A stretch of DNA of 64,000 nt from Paracoccaceae bacterium (GCA_040266715.1 JAPKNN010000001.1:51034-115033); one strand, 5' to 3'. Counted from the stretch's first letter, positions 51,805 to 64,000 are shown. The notes: a model not told the origin generated them from the letters alone. Made by a program: numbers and translations.

Positions 51805-52779
51805 TTATGTATGTGGATGTGCCTTTTTATAGACCTGCATTAAATACTGATCATCCAATTCTGTGTAATGTTGTGTAGTCGCAAGGCTCTCATGTCCGAG
51901 TAATTCTTGAATACTTCGTAAATCACACCCATTGGCTAGCATATGTGTAGCAAAACTATGCCTAAACGTATGAGGTGTCATGCAGGTTTCATCATTTATA
52001 AGGCCTCTTATTTCTTCTAATAATAATTGTATTATACGAGCCCGCAAAGGTCCTCCGTTTTTTCCTTTAAAAAAATGTGTATCTTCCTTGCAAGGATAGA
52101 TGCATAATTTCCTATAGTTATGCATAGCTTCAATAACCACAGGTAAAATGGGGACAACGCGCATTTTTTTTCCTTTACCCACAACCCTATAGCTATAACT
52201 TCTTTGTATCGTCTCAAAATCTCTATCATATAGAGATAGTGCCTCCGAAATACGCATGCCTGTACAATATATCATTAAAATTACGGCATAATCACGTGCG
52301 ATTATCCATGCATGCACTCTTTTGTGCGTAAGATAATCCTTAATTAAGTGCGGTATTTCTATGGCATTTTCTAAACGCAAAGGTTTAGGCAAGCTTTTTT
52401 TATATTTAGGCAAACGAAGCGTTGTAATTGCTAAATTATCAAAATATTCTCTTTTTTTTGCAAAATAAAAAAAACCTCTTAAGGCCGAAATACAACGTGC
52501 CAGAGAAACAGATTGAACATGACGTTGTCGTTTATAAACTAAAAAAGCCCGTAGATCTGCCGCAGTAATTTTTTCTACATCAATAGCTTCACGTTTTACT
52601 GCATAATGTTCTGCCAAGAAGGTAAATAATTGTTGGATATCACGTCGATAATTAGTTACCGTATGCTCACTGTAACGCTTATGTTTTAACAAATAAGATA
52701 ACCATGCCTCAATAGCATCATCAAGCAAGCAAATAGATTTATGTATATCAAAATTTGTATTCATAGACGTATAATACAA
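51805..52779 (-). CDS. Site-specific tyrosine recombinase, XerC/XerD family
   Basis: Catalytic C-terminal region [12 protein letters not shown]...[13 protein letters not shown] (R-H-R-Y family); no phage or mobile context seen, so a chromosome-dimer-resolution Xer protein is more likely than an integrase. Confidence 0.8.
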   Translation of the reverse strand: MYYTSMNTNFDIHKSICLLDDAIEAWLSYLLKHKRYSEHTVTNYRRDIQQLFTFLAEHYAVKREAIDVEKITAADLRAFLVYKRQRHVQSVSLARCISALRGFFYFAKKREYFDNLAITTLRLPKYKKSLPKPLRLENAIEIPHLIKDYLTHKRVHAWIIARDYAVILMIYCTGMRISEALSLYDRDFETIQRSYSYRVVGKGKKMRVVPILPVVIEAMHNYRKLCIYPCKEDTHFFKGKNGGPLRARIIQLLLEEIRGLINDETCMTPHTFRHSFATHMLANGCDLRSIQELLGHESLATTQHYTELDDQYLMQVYKKAHPHT

Positions 52780-52856
52780 AAACTTAGTTTACTATGTGTG
52801 AAGACAGTTTATAAGAAACAAAAGAATTAAAACCAAATATAAATATTGCCACTATC

Positions 52857-55049
52857 ATGTCATACGACATCTATTACGACATTGTTTTTCCTCTCTATCT
52901 TCCATCAAGTCTCATCTACGGTGCACACAAACATACAAACTTTATGCTTGGCGATTATGTACAAGCTGAAATAGGAAAAAAACGTATTTTTGGCGTTATA
53001 TGGGGCCAAACATCACACAAGCGGCTCGATGCGATCAAAAATATTCATACGATCAAGCCTATTATATGTAAAAGTGATGTAGAACCCATGTCAGAATTAA
53101 TGAGATACTTTGTTGATTGGGTAAGTTATTATACATTATCAAATAGAGGATTAGTATTAAGACAAGCTTTTCCCAATAAAAAATTTTTAACTTCTTCCCA
53201 AACAGAAAAATTTTATTATTTATCAACCCGTTTGCCAACACAATCCACTAAAACCGTTGCCCGTGTTATCGCATGTTTTGACGAAACAGACATGATAGCC
53301 CATCGCTTATTAGTAAAACAGGCTAAAGTTAATAGCAAAACTCTCAACGCCATGTGTGACAATGCATATCTTATACCCGTTATGAAAAAAATTGTAAAAA
53401 ATGAGACATCACTTTCTAAAAAAATATTGCACAAAGATATTACTTTATTAGAAGAACAGCAGATCGCAGCAAAAAAAATTATTTCAACTCTACACAAAAA
53501 AACTTTTACATGCTTTTTACTAGATGGAATTACAGGATCTGGAAAAACTGAGGTCTATATGCAGGTAATTGCAAAGCTACTCCATGCACACAAGCAAGTC
53601 TTGGTTATGGTGCCAGAAATATTACTTACACCTGATCTGATAAATCGTTTTGAGCAATATTTTAATATTAAACCCATATCTTGGCACTCCTCTTTAACAC
53701 AAAAAAATAAAACCGATTACTGGAGACAAATTTCTACTGGAGAAGCGTTACTTACTATCGGGACGCGCTCTGCCTTATTTTTACCATATAAGAATTTAGG
53801 TCTTATCGTTGTAGATGAAGAACAGGACAGCTCGTATAAACAAGAAGAAATCGTTGTGTACCATGCGCGTGATATAGCTATTAAAAGAGCTTCACTACAA
53901 AATATTCCTATTATTCTTGCATCCGCTACGCCCTCAATAGAAAGCTATAATAATACTAAAAACGAACGCTATACGCATGTAACTTTGCATAATCGTTATG
54001 GTCAGGCCCAATTGCCACAAATCCATATCATTGACATGAATACCGAAAATACTCCAGCAGGTTCTTATTTAAGCTCAACCTTAAAGGATGCTATACATAA
54101 GCAAAAACAAAAAAACGAGCAAACATTGCTATTTCTTAATAGACGTGGATTTTCACCACTTATTTTATGCACTGGTTGCGGTTTTCGTTTTCTTTGTGCT
54201 AATTGTGATAGCTCCTTAGTAGAACATCAAAAAAAATCTCTTCTGATGTGTCATTACTGCGGTGCTATAACGTCTCCCCCTCCCTCCTGCCCTAATTGCG
54301 GTCACAGAGATAATATTATTTCCTGTGGTGCAGGTGTAGAGAAAATTGCTCAAGAAGTTAAAGAGTTTTTTCCTGATTATCGTTATGTGATTATGTCCAG
54401 TGATTATAACGAGAATATTACAGATATGACCGATACAATTAATCAGATAAAAAATCGGGAAATTGATATTGTTATTGGCACACAATTAGCCGCAAAAGGA
54501 CATAATTTTCCTTATTTGACACTTATAGGAGTCATAGATGGTGACATGGGAATGGATACAAATGACCCACGCACAAACGAACGATGTTTTCAAATGCTCG
54601 TACAAGTAGCTGGCCGTTCAGGAAGAGGAAGTAGTATGGGCAAAGTTTTTATTCAAAGCTGGTATCCACACAATCCGATCATAAAAGCTTTACAAACACA
54701 TGATAGGGAAAAATTTTATACCCAAGAGCTTATGTTACGCAAGAAGGCACAGTTACCACCCTTTACACGTATAGCTGCAATTATTATATCAAGTCCTTAC
54801 GCCGATGACGCAAAACAATATGCACAAACTATGCGTCATAGGGCGGCCTTTAATAACGACATTACTTTATTAGGCCCAGCACAAGCTGCACTTTTTAAAT
54901 TACGAAAACGATATCGGTATAGAATCTTGCTACGAACACACAAAATAAATATTCTCCAACCCTATATACAAGACATGCTTAATCAGTTACCCAAACCAGC
55001 CTCGCATATACATGTACAGATTGATATCGATCCTATACAATTTCTTTAA
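52857..55049 (+). CDS. priA: Primosomal protein N' (replication restart helicase PriA)
   Basis: Walker A GITGSGKT, DEEQD helicase motif, Cys-rich zinc-binding insert (CTGCG...CANC...CHYCG...CPNCG). Confidence 0.9.
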   Translation: MSYDIYYDIVFPLYLPSSLIYGAHKHTNFMLGDYVQAEIGKKRIFGVIWGQTSHKRLDAIKNIHTIKPIICKSDVEPMSELMRYFVDWVSYYTLSNRGLVLRQAFPNKKFLTSSQTEKFYYLSTRLPTQSTKTVARVIACFDETDMIAHRLLVKQAKVNSKTLNAMCDNAYLIPVMKKIVKNETSLSKKILHKDITLLEEQQIAAKKIISTLHKKTFTCFLLDGITGSGKTEVYMQVIAKLLHAHKQVLVMVPEILLTPDLINRFEQYFNIKPISWHSSLTQKNKTDYWRQISTGEALLTIGTRSALFLPYKNLGLIVVDEEQDSSYKQEEIVVYHARDIAIKRASLQNIPIILASATPSIESYNNTKNERYTHVTLHNRYGQAQLPQIHIIDMNTENTPAGSYLSSTLKDAIHKQKQKNEQTLLFLNRRGFSPLILCTGCGFRFLCANCDSSLVEHQKKSLLMCHYCGAITSPPPSCPNCGHRDNIISCGAGVEKIAQEVKEFFPDYRYVIMSSDYNENITDMTDTINQIKNREIDIVIGTQLAAKGHNFPYLTLIGVIDGDMGMDTNDPRTNERCFQMLVQVAGRSGRGSSMGKVFIQSWYPHNPIIKALQTHDREKFYTQELMLRKKAQLPPFTRIAAIIISSPYADDAKQYAQTMRHRAAFNNDITLLGPAQAALFKLRKRYRYRILLRTHKINILQPYIQDMLNQLPKPASHIHVQIDIDPIQFL

Positions 55050-55094
55050 TTGTTGTATGATTGCATAGACAATAGTTTATCTATAATAGGCGTA

Positions 55095-55727
55095 TCAATG
55101 ATGAGAAAAAATATCCTTATTTTCCCATCCCGCTAAATCAAGAATAATCCGTGATGCCAAAAAATCAAAACACGATTGCGCTAAAGCCATACGCCCCTCT
55201 CGTTCTAGCATTTTTTCTAATTTCTCCCGCAAAACATGTAGATGCAAAACATCCTGCGCTGCATATTCCAATTGTTTTTGCGAAATCTCTTGCTGCGCCC
55301 AATCACTTGATTGTTGTTCCTTTAAAAGATTAATATCTAAAAATTCATGACATAAATCTTTTAAACCGTGCTTGTCTGTATATGTTCTTACTAATTTGGA
55401 AGCTATCTTTGAACAAAAAATAGGTGTAGGTATGAGTTTAAAGGACCTAAACAACATTGCCATATCAAAACGTGCATAATGAAAAATTTTTAAACATTTC
55501 CGATCTTCTAACAATTTTTTGAGATGTGTTGAATCATATGAGCCCATATTCATTTTAACAAGATGTATTTGCGTATCACCAGGTTTATATAACTGGATAA
55601 GACACACCCTGTCTCTATGAAGATTAAGCCCCGTAGTTTCTGTATCTATAGCAATCGATTCTTGCCAAACAAAATCACTTGGCAAGTCATTCTCATGCAG
55701 AATTAGCTCTATATCTTCAATATGCAT
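55095..55727 (-). CDS. 3'-5' exonuclease, short RNase D-like (DEDDy family)
   Basis: 210 aa with exonuclease motifs (IAIDTETTGL; YAAQDVLHL). Confidence 0.7.
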   Translation of the reverse strand: MHIEDIELILHENDLPSDFVWQESIAIDTETTGLNLHRDRVCLIQLYKPGDTQIHLVKMNMGSYDSTHLKKLLEDRKCLKIFHYARFDMAMLFRSFKLIPTPIFCSKIASKLVRTYTDKHGLKDLCHEFLDINLLKEQQSSDWAQQEISQKQLEYAAQDVLHLHVLREKLEKMLEREGRMALAQSCFDFLASRIILDLAGWENKDIFSHH

Positions 55728-55743
55728 AAATTATAGGCTCCTC

Positions 55744-57381
55744 TTAGACCAATCGTGAATGTTTTAATGACGCATTAACAAAACTAACAAACAAAGGGTG
55801 TGCATCAAAGGGTTTTGATTTCAACTCTGGATGATATTGAACTCCGATATACCAATCACATGAAGGCGCTTCAATAACTTCAGGTAAATGTCCATCAGGA
55901 GAACGCCCCGTAATTTTTAGTCCACTTTTTTCTATTTCTTTTTTATAATCAATATCTATTTCATAGCGATGTCTGTGTCTTTCAAAAATATGATCTTTTT
56001 GATAAATCTGAGCAATTTGACTTCCATTTTCAAGATTCGTCATATAACTACCCAAACGCATAGTTCCACCTCTATTATTATTTTTCGAGCGATCAATAAT
56101 TTTATTTTCTTTTATCCATTGTTTCATGCGTCCAACGACTATTTGCGCGTTATGGTCTTTTTGAGAAAATTCTTCTGAGCTCGCCGTTTTTAGTACTTTA
56201 GAGTATCTCAATCGACTAATAACGGCCAGTTGCATACCGTAGCATATTCCTAAAAAAGGGATGTTATTTTCATACGCATAGTTTGCGACCATCATTTTCC
56301 CTTCGGTTCCGCGGCTACCAAACCCTCCAGGCACAATAATACCATCAATGCCTATAAATTTTTCTTTCAGTACTGATTCCTCTATACTTTCAGCATCGAT
56401 TTCTACAATATTTACTGCAACTTTATTATGCAATCCTCCATGATATAACGCCTCAAACAACGATTTATAGGCATCTCTTAGATTTGTATATTTGCCTACT
56501 ATACCAACCGTAATTTGGGCTTCAAATGCCTTATTTCTATCAACTATCTCTTTCCAAAAATTTATTTGGGGGCGTTCTTTTTCTTCAATATTAAGTTCTT
56601 GCAGAATTATCGTATCTAATTTTTCCTGATGATAGGCATATGGAACTTCGTATATATTATTTTGATCCATTGCCTCTATAATGGCCTCATAGCGCACATT
56701 ACAAAATAGTGATATCTTATTTCTATCTGCTTTTGAGATCGGATGCTGCGTTCTACAAATAATGACATTGGGTTGAATACCAATAGAGCGGAGCTCTTTT
56801 ACAGAATGTTGTGTTGGTTTTGTTTTTAGTTCGCCCGCTTTTTCAATATAGGGTAAAAGTGTAAGATGTACAAATATGGCATGATTCGCAGGAACGTCAT
56901 TGGCAAATTGCCTCGCAGCTTCAAAAAAAGGAAGCCCCTCAATATCACCAACCGTCCCGCCTATTTCACATATAATAAAATCATATTTATCAGCTTCATA
57001 TGAAAAATGCTGCTTTATAGAATTTGTGACATGTGGAATAACTTGAACAGTTTCTCCATTAAAATCGCCTCTTCTTTCTTTTTTCAAGATTTCATCATAT
57101 ATTCTTCCGGTGGTGATACTATCATTTTTTGTGCACTCAATCCCCGTAAATCTTTCATAATGCCCAAGGTCAAGATCAGTCTCCGCACCATCTTCCGTAA
57201 CAAAAACCTCGCCATGTTGGAAGGGATTCATTGTTCCAGGATCGTAATTAAGGTAAGGGTCAAATTTTCTTAAGCACACAGAGTAACCTCTTGCCTGCAA
57301 CAGCGCTCCGAGTGTAGCCGAAACTATACCCTTACCAAGTGATGAAACAACACCACCAGTTATAAAAATGAATCTACACAT
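55744..57381 (-). CDS. pyrG: CTP synthase
   Basis: 545 aa; N-terminal synthetase domain (ITGGVVSSLGKG) and C-terminal glutamine amidotransferase domain (GICYGMQ). Confidence 0.95.
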   Translation of the reverse strand: MCRFIFITGGVVSSLGKGIVSATLGALLQARGYSVCLRKFDPYLNYDPGTMNPFQHGEVFVTEDGAETDLDLGHYERFTGIECTKNDSITTGRIYDEILKKERRGDFNGETVQVIPHVTNSIKQHFSYEADKYDFIICEIGGTVGDIEGLPFFEAARQFANDVPANHAIFVHLTLLPYIEKAGELKTKPTQHSVKELRSIGIQPNVIICRTQHPISKADRNKISLFCNVRYEAIIEAMDQNNIYEVPYAYHQEKLDTIILQELNIEEKERPQINFWKEIVDRNKAFEAQITVGIVGKYTNLRDAYKSLFEALYHGGLHNKVAVNIVEIDAESIEESVLKEKFIGIDGIIVPGGFGSRGTEGKMMVANYAYENNIPFLGICYGMQLAVISRLRYSKVLKTASSEEFSQKDHNAQIVVGRMKQWIKENKIIDRSKNNNRGGTMRLGSYMTNLENGSQIAQIYQKDHIFERHRHRYEIDIDYKKEIEKSGLKITGRSPDGHLPEVIEAPSCDWYIGVQYHPELKSKPFDAHPLFVSFVNASLKHSRLV

Positions 57382-57475
57382 AATGATTTCTATACTAGGT
57401 TAGAAAAAATATTTTTACAACTCTACTTACTATAATTGAATAATTTTACCCAACAATTATATAGCAAGAAAAATA

Positions 57476-57940
57476 TTATTGCGTCTTTGGAGCTTGCGGA
57501 GAAGATGAATCCTGCTCACTGGAACCTTCCGAGCTAGGTACACCTAACAATTCCTGAACTGTAGAGGCTCTGCCATTCGCATTCACATCACCGCCCAAAA
57601 TACCTTTTTCATTTTTTGAGGATATTACAGCCAAAGCAATACTCAATAAGAAAAAAGCTGTTGCAAGAAACGCTGTGATACGCGTTAGGAAATTGGCTAC
57701 TGAACGATTACTCATCATTCCTGCAGACATATTTGCATCCGAAGTAAAGCCACCTCCTTCAGAACGTTGCAACAAAATTACGCCGACAAGCAAAAAAACA
57801 ACGCATAAATGTGCAACAGATAGGATTGCTTGCATAATGATCTCATATTCTTGTTGTTTCAAACATTTTTTTGTTTTCCATATTTCTGCCCCCCAAATAT
57901 GAACAAAAATCATTGTGTAAATTTTTTTGTACAAAGTCAA
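57476..57940 (-). CDS. secG: Preprotein translocase subunit SecG (with low-complexity C-terminal extension)
   Basis: Two TM helices with conserved LLQ..EGGG loop (ILLQRSEGGGF); conserved secG-pyrG arrangement. Confidence 0.8.
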   Translation of the reverse strand: MTLYKKIYTMIFVHIWGAEIWKTKKCLKQQEYEIIMQAILSVAHLCVVFLLVGVILLQRSEGGGFTSDANMSAGMMSNRSVANFLTRITAFLATAFFLLSIALAVISSKNEKGILGGDVNANGRASTVQELLGVPSSEGSSEQDSSSPQAPKTQ

Positions 57941-57973
57941 GAACTATAAAGCAAAAAATTAAATATTCTGCCT

Positions 57974-59140
57974 TTATAATTCGTGTCTACGATTAATACT
58001 GACATTCATCACAAGACCAAGAGCCAGAAGCTGTGTAACTAACGCAGTACCACCAAATGATACTAACGGTAAAGGAATTCCAACTACGGGAAGTAATCCA
58101 GCAACCATAGCCATATTAACAAAAATATGAACAGAAAAATTTGATGCGATTACTATCGCCAGCAAACGACCAAAAATACTCCTCGCATTATAAGCAACAA
58201 CGAAGCTATATATAATAATAGAAAAATATAGAGTTAATAAAATCATTATGCCAAAATAGCCAAATTCTTCACCCAACATCGTAAGAATAAAATCCGTATG
58301 TTTTTCAGGAATAAAATTTAATTGTGTCTGGGTGCCTTTAAGAAAACCTTTGCCATATAACCCTCCCGAACCCAATGCTATTTTAGATTGGATGATATGG
58401 TAACCATTACCTAACGGGTCACTCTCTGGATTTAAAAAGCCGATAATTCTTTCTTTTTGATATCCTTTTAAATAAGACCATAAAATAGGGACACTAATCA
58501 ATCCTATAGCTCCTGTAACAATAAAATAATATTTATTTATACCAACAGCATACAAAATAATTACACCCGAAAAAGCAATCATAATAGAAGTACCAAGATC
58601 AGGCTGTTTCGAAATCAAATAGCAGGTAAGAAGAAGAACACTCAAAGGAAAAAGTAGATACAAAGGATGCGAAATGTTTTTTCTTTCACAATCTGTATAG
58701 TAACGTGCCAGCAACATAACGAGGCTAATTTTAGCAACCTCGGATGGTTGGAAAGAAAAATTCAATATAGTAAGCCATCTTTGTGCTCCGCCTGCGCTTT
58801 GCCCTGAAAATAAAACCATAACCAATAAAATGATTACAAAAAAGTGAAACACATAAGCACTATTAAAAACCCATTTTATAGGTATTAAGGCTGCAATAAG
58901 AAACATAGTCATGCCTATAAATAATCTTATAAGCTGAGAACTTGCCCATGGAGAAAAATCCCCACCAGACACAGAATACAACAATCCTACACTCACACAA
59001 CAAATGAGCATAACAATGATAGTAAAAAATAAACTGAAATGTGATATCCTGCCAAAGATAGTTTCAGAATTTTTATACCCAATAGGTCGTGAAGGATAAG
59101 ATTGATTTCGTAAAAACATACACGCTCGTGATAGAATCAT
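57974..59140 (-). CDS. rodA: Peptidoglycan glycosyltransferase RodA (SEDS family)
   Basis: Ten-TM SEDS protein (FtsW/RodA family), 4-bp overlap with upstream mrdA. Confidence 0.85.
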   Translation of the reverse strand: MILSRACMFLRNQSYPSRPIGYKNSETIFGRISHFSLFFTIIVMLICCVSVGLLYSVSGGDFSPWASSQLIRLFIGMTMFLIAALIPIKWVFNSAYVFHFFVIILLVMVLFSGQSAGGAQRWLTILNFSFQPSEVAKISLVMLLARYYTDCERKNISHPLYLLFPLSVLLLTCYLISKQPDLGTSIMIAFSGVIILYAVGINKYYFIVTGAIGLISVPILWSYLKGYQKERIIGFLNPESDPLGNGYHIIQSKIALGSGGLYGKGFLKGTQTQLNFIPEKHTDFILTMLGEEFGYFGIMILLTLYFSIIIYSFVVAYNARSIFGRLLAIVIASNFSVHIFVNMAMVAGLLPVVGIPLPLVSFGGTALVTQLLALGLVMNVSINRRHEL

Positions 59141-60990
59141 TCCCTATTAGTATTATAAATGTACTGCATAATATCCTTTGCAATTGGCGCGGCAGTCTTA
59201 GAACCACTTTTTCCATGTTCAACGATAATTGATAAGGCATAACGTGGGTCATGATAAGGTGCATAGGCAACAAATAAAGCATGATCCCTATGTTCTCTTT
59301 TAATCTCATCTTGTGACAATTCTTCCGTACCTTCTTGTATCTTTATAACTTGTGCGGTTCCCGTTTTGCCTACCATTTCAAAGTCAGACAGACCTAAACG
59401 CGACCGATAAGCTGTTCCACCCCATTCATTTACAACACTCCACATACCATCTCTTACTATTTTCATATATTCATCATTTATTGGTAATTCTTCAAAACCC
59501 TTTCTGGGTTGTTTTTTAAAATGACTTATATCCTCTCTTCCATATGGACCAGCATTACCTACAGAAGTTAATAAGCGCGGCATAATTTTTTTACCTGCCG
59601 CAATACGTGCAGTCATCATAGCCAATTCCAAAGGCGTTGTTGTAACAAATCCCTGCCCTATACCAGCTATAACTGTTTCGCCAGGATACCACACCTTTCC
59701 AAAGGTTTCTTTCTTCCATTGAGGTGTAGGTAAAATACCTTTTTTTATATTATTAAAACCAATATTCTCATAAGCTGTTGACAAGCCCATTTCATATCCC
59801 ATCTCGGCTATCGTCTCTATACCAATTTTCTGGGCCATTGTGTAGAAATAAACATCACAAGATTTTTTTAAAGCATAGGTTAAGTCAAGTCTTCCATGCC
59901 CTTCCCTTTTCCAACAACGCATAAGACGTCCACCCATTCTATAATAACCAGGACAATTGACTATCGTCTCGGGATCCCAGTTTTTATACTGCATAGCAGC
60001 CAAAGCAACAACCATCTTAAATACAGATCCTGGTGGATACAAGCCTGCATGTGCTTTTGCCAGCAAAGGTTTATAGGGATCATTGGTTAATTTCCGCCAC
60101 TCATTTCTACTAATACCTTTTGTAAAAGATTTAGGATCGTAACTAGGTGCAGAAACCATAGCAACAATATCTCCATTTTTGACATCTATGACAACTGCCG
60201 CCCCACTTTGGTTATTAAAACGTTTGAAAATAAAATTCTGCAATCGGGCATCAATTGTTATGACAATATCTTGACCTGATTGGGCATGTGTTTTGGATAA
60301 CTCTCTTACAACTCTTCCATGGGCATTTATTTCATACTGTTTCTGCCCCATTTTACCCCTTAATACGTCCTCATGCGTTTTTTCGGTTCCTATTTTACCT
60401 ATCTGAAAATCATTTTGTTTAAGTAAAATATCTTGCCCCGCTTCTTGAGAATTTGGCTTTGCAGTGTAACCTACAACATGGGCAAGAGATGAACCAAAAG
60501 GATAGGTACGTGTAACACCCGAAAAAAGATGCACACCAGGTAATTTAGGTGAATAGAACCCCATTTTTGAAAAATCATTCCATGACATATTATCTGCAAC
60601 ACGTAATTTTTCAAAATTTGCCATTGTCTTGTTCTTCTCTAGCAAATATGCAATTTTCTCATTACTCAGCGTAATAATTTTTTGTAACTTTTTAAGTGTA
60701 TCATGTACTGATTGTGTCTGTTCTGGAATAATATATAATTGTAAATTTTGTATATTCGTGGCTAAATAATAACCATTTTTATCAAAAATACGCCCTCTTT
60801 CCGGCTGCAATACCGATACATTAATACGATTTTCTTCTGCCTGAAGTGTAAATTTTTCTGTATCTAAAACCTGCAATTTATATAAACGTCCTGCTAAGGT
60901 CGCAAAAAGCAATGACTGCCCTGCAAGAAGAATGAACATTCTTCTATCTAACTCGGATTTGCTTATATCTTCTTCTTTATGTGTAAACAT
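59137..60990 (-). CDS. mrdA: Penicillin-binding protein 2 (elongasome transpeptidase)
   Basis: N-terminal anchor, transpeptidase SxxK (SVFK), SxD (SCD) and KTG(T) (KTGTAQ) motifs. Confidence 0.9.
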   Translation of the reverse strand: MFTHKEEDISKSELDRRMFILLAGQSLLFATLAGRLYKLQVLDTEKFTLQAEENRINVSVLQPERGRIFDKNGYYLATNIQNLQLYIIPEQTQSVHDTLKKLQKIITLSNEKIAYLLEKNKTMANFEKLRVADNMSWNDFSKMGFYSPKLPGVHLFSGVTRTYPFGSSLAHVVGYTAKPNSQEAGQDILLKQNDFQIGKIGTEKTHEDVLRGKMGQKQYEINAHGRVVRELSKTHAQSGQDIVITIDARLQNFIFKRFNNQSGAAVVIDVKNGDIVAMVSAPSYDPKSFTKGISRNEWRKLTNDPYKPLLAKAHAGLYPPGSVFKMVVALAAMQYKNWDPETIVNCPGYYRMGGRLMRCWKREGHGRLDLTYALKKSCDVYFYTMAQKIGIETIAEMGYEMGLSTAYENIGFNNIKKGILPTPQWKKETFGKVWYPGETVIAGIGQGFVTTTPLELAMMTARIAAGKKIMPRLLTSVGNAGPYGREDISHFKKQPRKGFEELPINDEYMKIVRDGMWSVVNEWGGTAYRSRLGLSDFEMVGKTGTAQVIKIQEGTEELSQDEIKREHRDHALFVAYAPYHDPRYALSIIVEHGKSGSKTAAPIAKDIMQYIYNTNRE

Positions 60991-61014
60991 GATATATTTA
61001 TGAAGATGTGCGTT

Positions 61015-61563
61015 TTATCTATTCGCTTTTCTAAATACAAAATATGGCTGTATTAAATAAACACAAGGCAGAAGTAATAAATTGAATACCAACCCCCATA
61101 TGACGCCACTCAATGAAAATGTAAACATGGTAAAAATAATCACAAGCATATATTTCACAAAGTAAAGCCAAACGACAAAAATACTTCCAAAACCCACAAA
61201 AGCGATAATGTTTTTTTGCATATTGAAACTTCCCAATAAGAAGCAGTACACATAAAACCCTATCAAAAACAAGGCTGCATGGAAACCATACGGTGCATGC
61301 GATATAATATCATATATGAAGCCCAGTGTAAAAACAAAGGATGGATGAGCCATTCTATCACATACAATTCTATTGTAAAAAAAAGATATAGGTAACAAAA
61401 AAATAGTTATTTGCTCTGAAAAAATATACAATAAAATTTGCGACAAAAAAATCAGTAGAGAATACCAAAGGGCTGACTTGCAGAAATATCCAAAGGTAAA
61501 TGTTTCATTTTTTAACTTGTTAATCATTATTTTCATCGCTTTTTGGTATAGCAACGCGAACAT
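61015..61563 (-). CDS. mreD: Rod shape-determining protein MreD
   Basis: Small polytopic membrane protein immediately downstream of mreC; true start probably internal to the track ORF, which overlaps mreC by 44 bp. Confidence 0.7.
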   Translation of the reverse strand: MFALLYQKAMKIMINKLKNETFTFGYFCKSALWYSLLIFLSQILLYIFSEQITIFLLPISFFYNRIVCDRMAHPSFVFTLGFIYDIISHAPYGFHAALFLIGFYVYCFLLGSFNMQKNIIAFVGFGSIFVVWLYFVKYMLVIIFTMFTFSLSGVIWGLVFNLLLLPCVYLIQPYFVFRKANR

Positions 61564-62347
61564 ACTCTAATGATCGTTCTTTTTCAAAAAAAACAACCGA
61601 TATCATGTTTTTGTCTTTCACCCTAATAACACCTACAGGAACGCCTACAGGCCATTTTTTACTAAAATCTGAAGTTACAACGACATCCCCGTCTTTTAAA
61701 TCTTGATCAAAAGGTAAAAAATCAATATACGCTTCACTGTTACCATTACCACGAACAATTCCCCTAAAATAACTCCCTTTAACAATCACAGGTATCATAC
61801 TATTGAAATCCTGCACAAGTAATATACGTGATTCATGCGGGAAGACATCTATAACATGCCCCACTATACCATAGATACCAATAACGGCTGCCCCCTCCCT
61901 AATACCGTTTTCACGACCTTGTTTTATAACAATAGTTTTTGAAAAAAAATTACGTGTATCTGCGTAAACTCTTACAGTTTTATACCTAAATTTTGTAGAA
62001 AGATTAAGTTCAAGAAGCTGCTGATATAAACTAATTTGTCTTTCTTTTTCTTGTAATTGCCATTTTACTTGATTATAGAGCAACTTTTCCTGTCTAAGGA
62101 TATCAAGTTCTTTAATCATATTAGCATGATTTTCCCAGCTGGAAAAATAGGATTTTCCCCAATGAATACTGTGTCCAATTTCCATCTGTAGAGTGTAAAT
62201 TGATGACTGGATATTTTTTTTAAAAGCGCTAACCACATGCCAGTTTTGACGCTCTCCAAAAAGAAGTAATAATGAGAGCAGTAGCCAAAAAAACAAAACA
62301 CATGATCGCCATAATGCTGGTGGGATCATTTGATACGAAAAAAACAT
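61520..62347 (-). CDS. mreC: Rod shape-determining protein MreC
   Basis: N-terminal TM, coiled-coil segment and C-terminal beta domains; between mreB and mreD. Confidence 0.85.
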   Translation of the reverse strand: MFFSYQMIPPALWRSCVLFFWLLLSLLLLFGERQNWHVVSAFKKNIQSSIYTLQMEIGHSIHWGKSYFSSWENHANMIKELDILRQEKLLYNQVKWQLQEKERQISLYQQLLELNLSTKFRYKTVRVYADTRNFFSKTIVIKQGRENGIREGAAVIGIYGIVGHVIDVFPHESRILLVQDFNSMIPVIVKGSYFRGIVRGNGNSEAYIDFLPFDQDLKDGDVVVTSDFSKKWPVGVPVGVIRVKDKNMISVVFFEKERSLEYVRVAIPKSDENND

Positions 62348-62369
62348 TATGTATAAATTTTAGCTAGAA

Positions 62370-63494
<1,125 letters not shown>

Positions 63495-63527
63495 CTACAC
63501 TAAATTTAACTTATGTATAGACTATTT

Positions 63528-64000
63528 TCATCGTTGTACAAAATATTTTTCATTTTTTTCACTGACAATCACTGTTTTTTGTACAATTTTTTCTACAATT
63601 GCCTCTGCATTTAGTCCTGCCTGTGCATACATATCATCTGGACTGGCATGATCGATAAAATAATCTGGTAACATCATAGGAATTAATTGGAGGTGCGGAT
63701 TAAGACTAGAGTGTTGTGCATAGTGATTTAAAATATAGCTTCCAAAACCTCCCATTGCTCCTTCTTCAATTGTTATGAGCACCTTATGATTGAGTATCAA
63801 ATCATTGACTAATGCCTCATCAAGAGGTTTTGCAAATCTAGCATCGGCTAATGTCGCTTGTATATTATAGTTTTTCAACAACTCTACTGCGCGTTTTGCC
63901 TCATACAAGCGTGCTCCATAGCTTAAAATCGCGACATCTTCTCCTTGACATATAATACGCCCTTTTCCAATTTCCAATGGGTCATCTGTATTACTTTCAT
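63528..64000 (-). CDS. dxs: 1-deoxy-D-xylulose-5-phosphate synthase, C-terminal part (gene continues beyond the window)
   Basis: Transketolase C-terminal domain similarity (EIGKGRIICQGEDVAILSYG...ADARFAKPLDE...GGFGS); reading frame stays open upstream to base 64000. Confidence 0.85.
   Translation of the reverse strand, partial: ESNTDDPLEIGKGRIICQGEDVAILSYGARLYEAKRAVELLKNYNIQATLADARFAKPLDEALVNDLILNHKVLITIEEGAMGGFGSYILNHYAQHSSLNPHLQLIPMMLPDYFIDHASPDDMYAQAGLNAEAIVEKIVQKTVIVSEKNEKYFVQR

Overview
This 64 kb window reads as a densely packed, AT-rich (roughly 35% GC by eye) core-chromosome segment of an alphaproteobacterium-like genome, probably a host-associated lineage; the exact taxon cannot be fixed without a database search. 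Almost every ORF is a recognisable housekeeping gene arranged in classical conserved blocks: comF / znuCB / uvrB; holB-metG-tatD-MBL hydrolase; tmk-dacC-rlpA; aspS; cvpA-purF; dnaE; rlmH-envC-ctpA-yibQ-rppH; aromatic/histidine genes (chorismate mutase-hisC-tyrC); miaA / serB; the flagellar hook pair fliK-flgD; pdxJ-acpS-lepB-rnc-era-recO; rsh; pstSCAB-phoU-phoB; ogt / nth / xerCD / priA; pyrG-secG; and the full elongasome mreBCD-mrdA-rodA; with dxs running off the right edge. No rRNA, tRNA, CRISPR array, transposase, integrase-bounded island, toxin-antitoxin pair or defence-gene cluster was recognised. I therefore find no convincing evidence for a novel multi-gene system here. The observations worth a second look are smaller-scale: (1) rlmH is split by a single-base length change in an A10 homopolymer; (2) a 41-codon rpmJ (L36) gene is absent from the ORF track; (3) a 43-bp tandem repeat and a 21-bp perfect tandem duplication sit in the envC and ctpA leader regions; (4) a Pho-box-like element lies upstream of pstS; (5) a sigma-54-like -24/-12 element with upstream direct repeats precedes fliK-flgD; (6) long in-frame poly(A) tracts recur in intact genes. 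All functional calls rest on motif and fold recognition in the translated ORFs and on conserved gene order, not on database searches.
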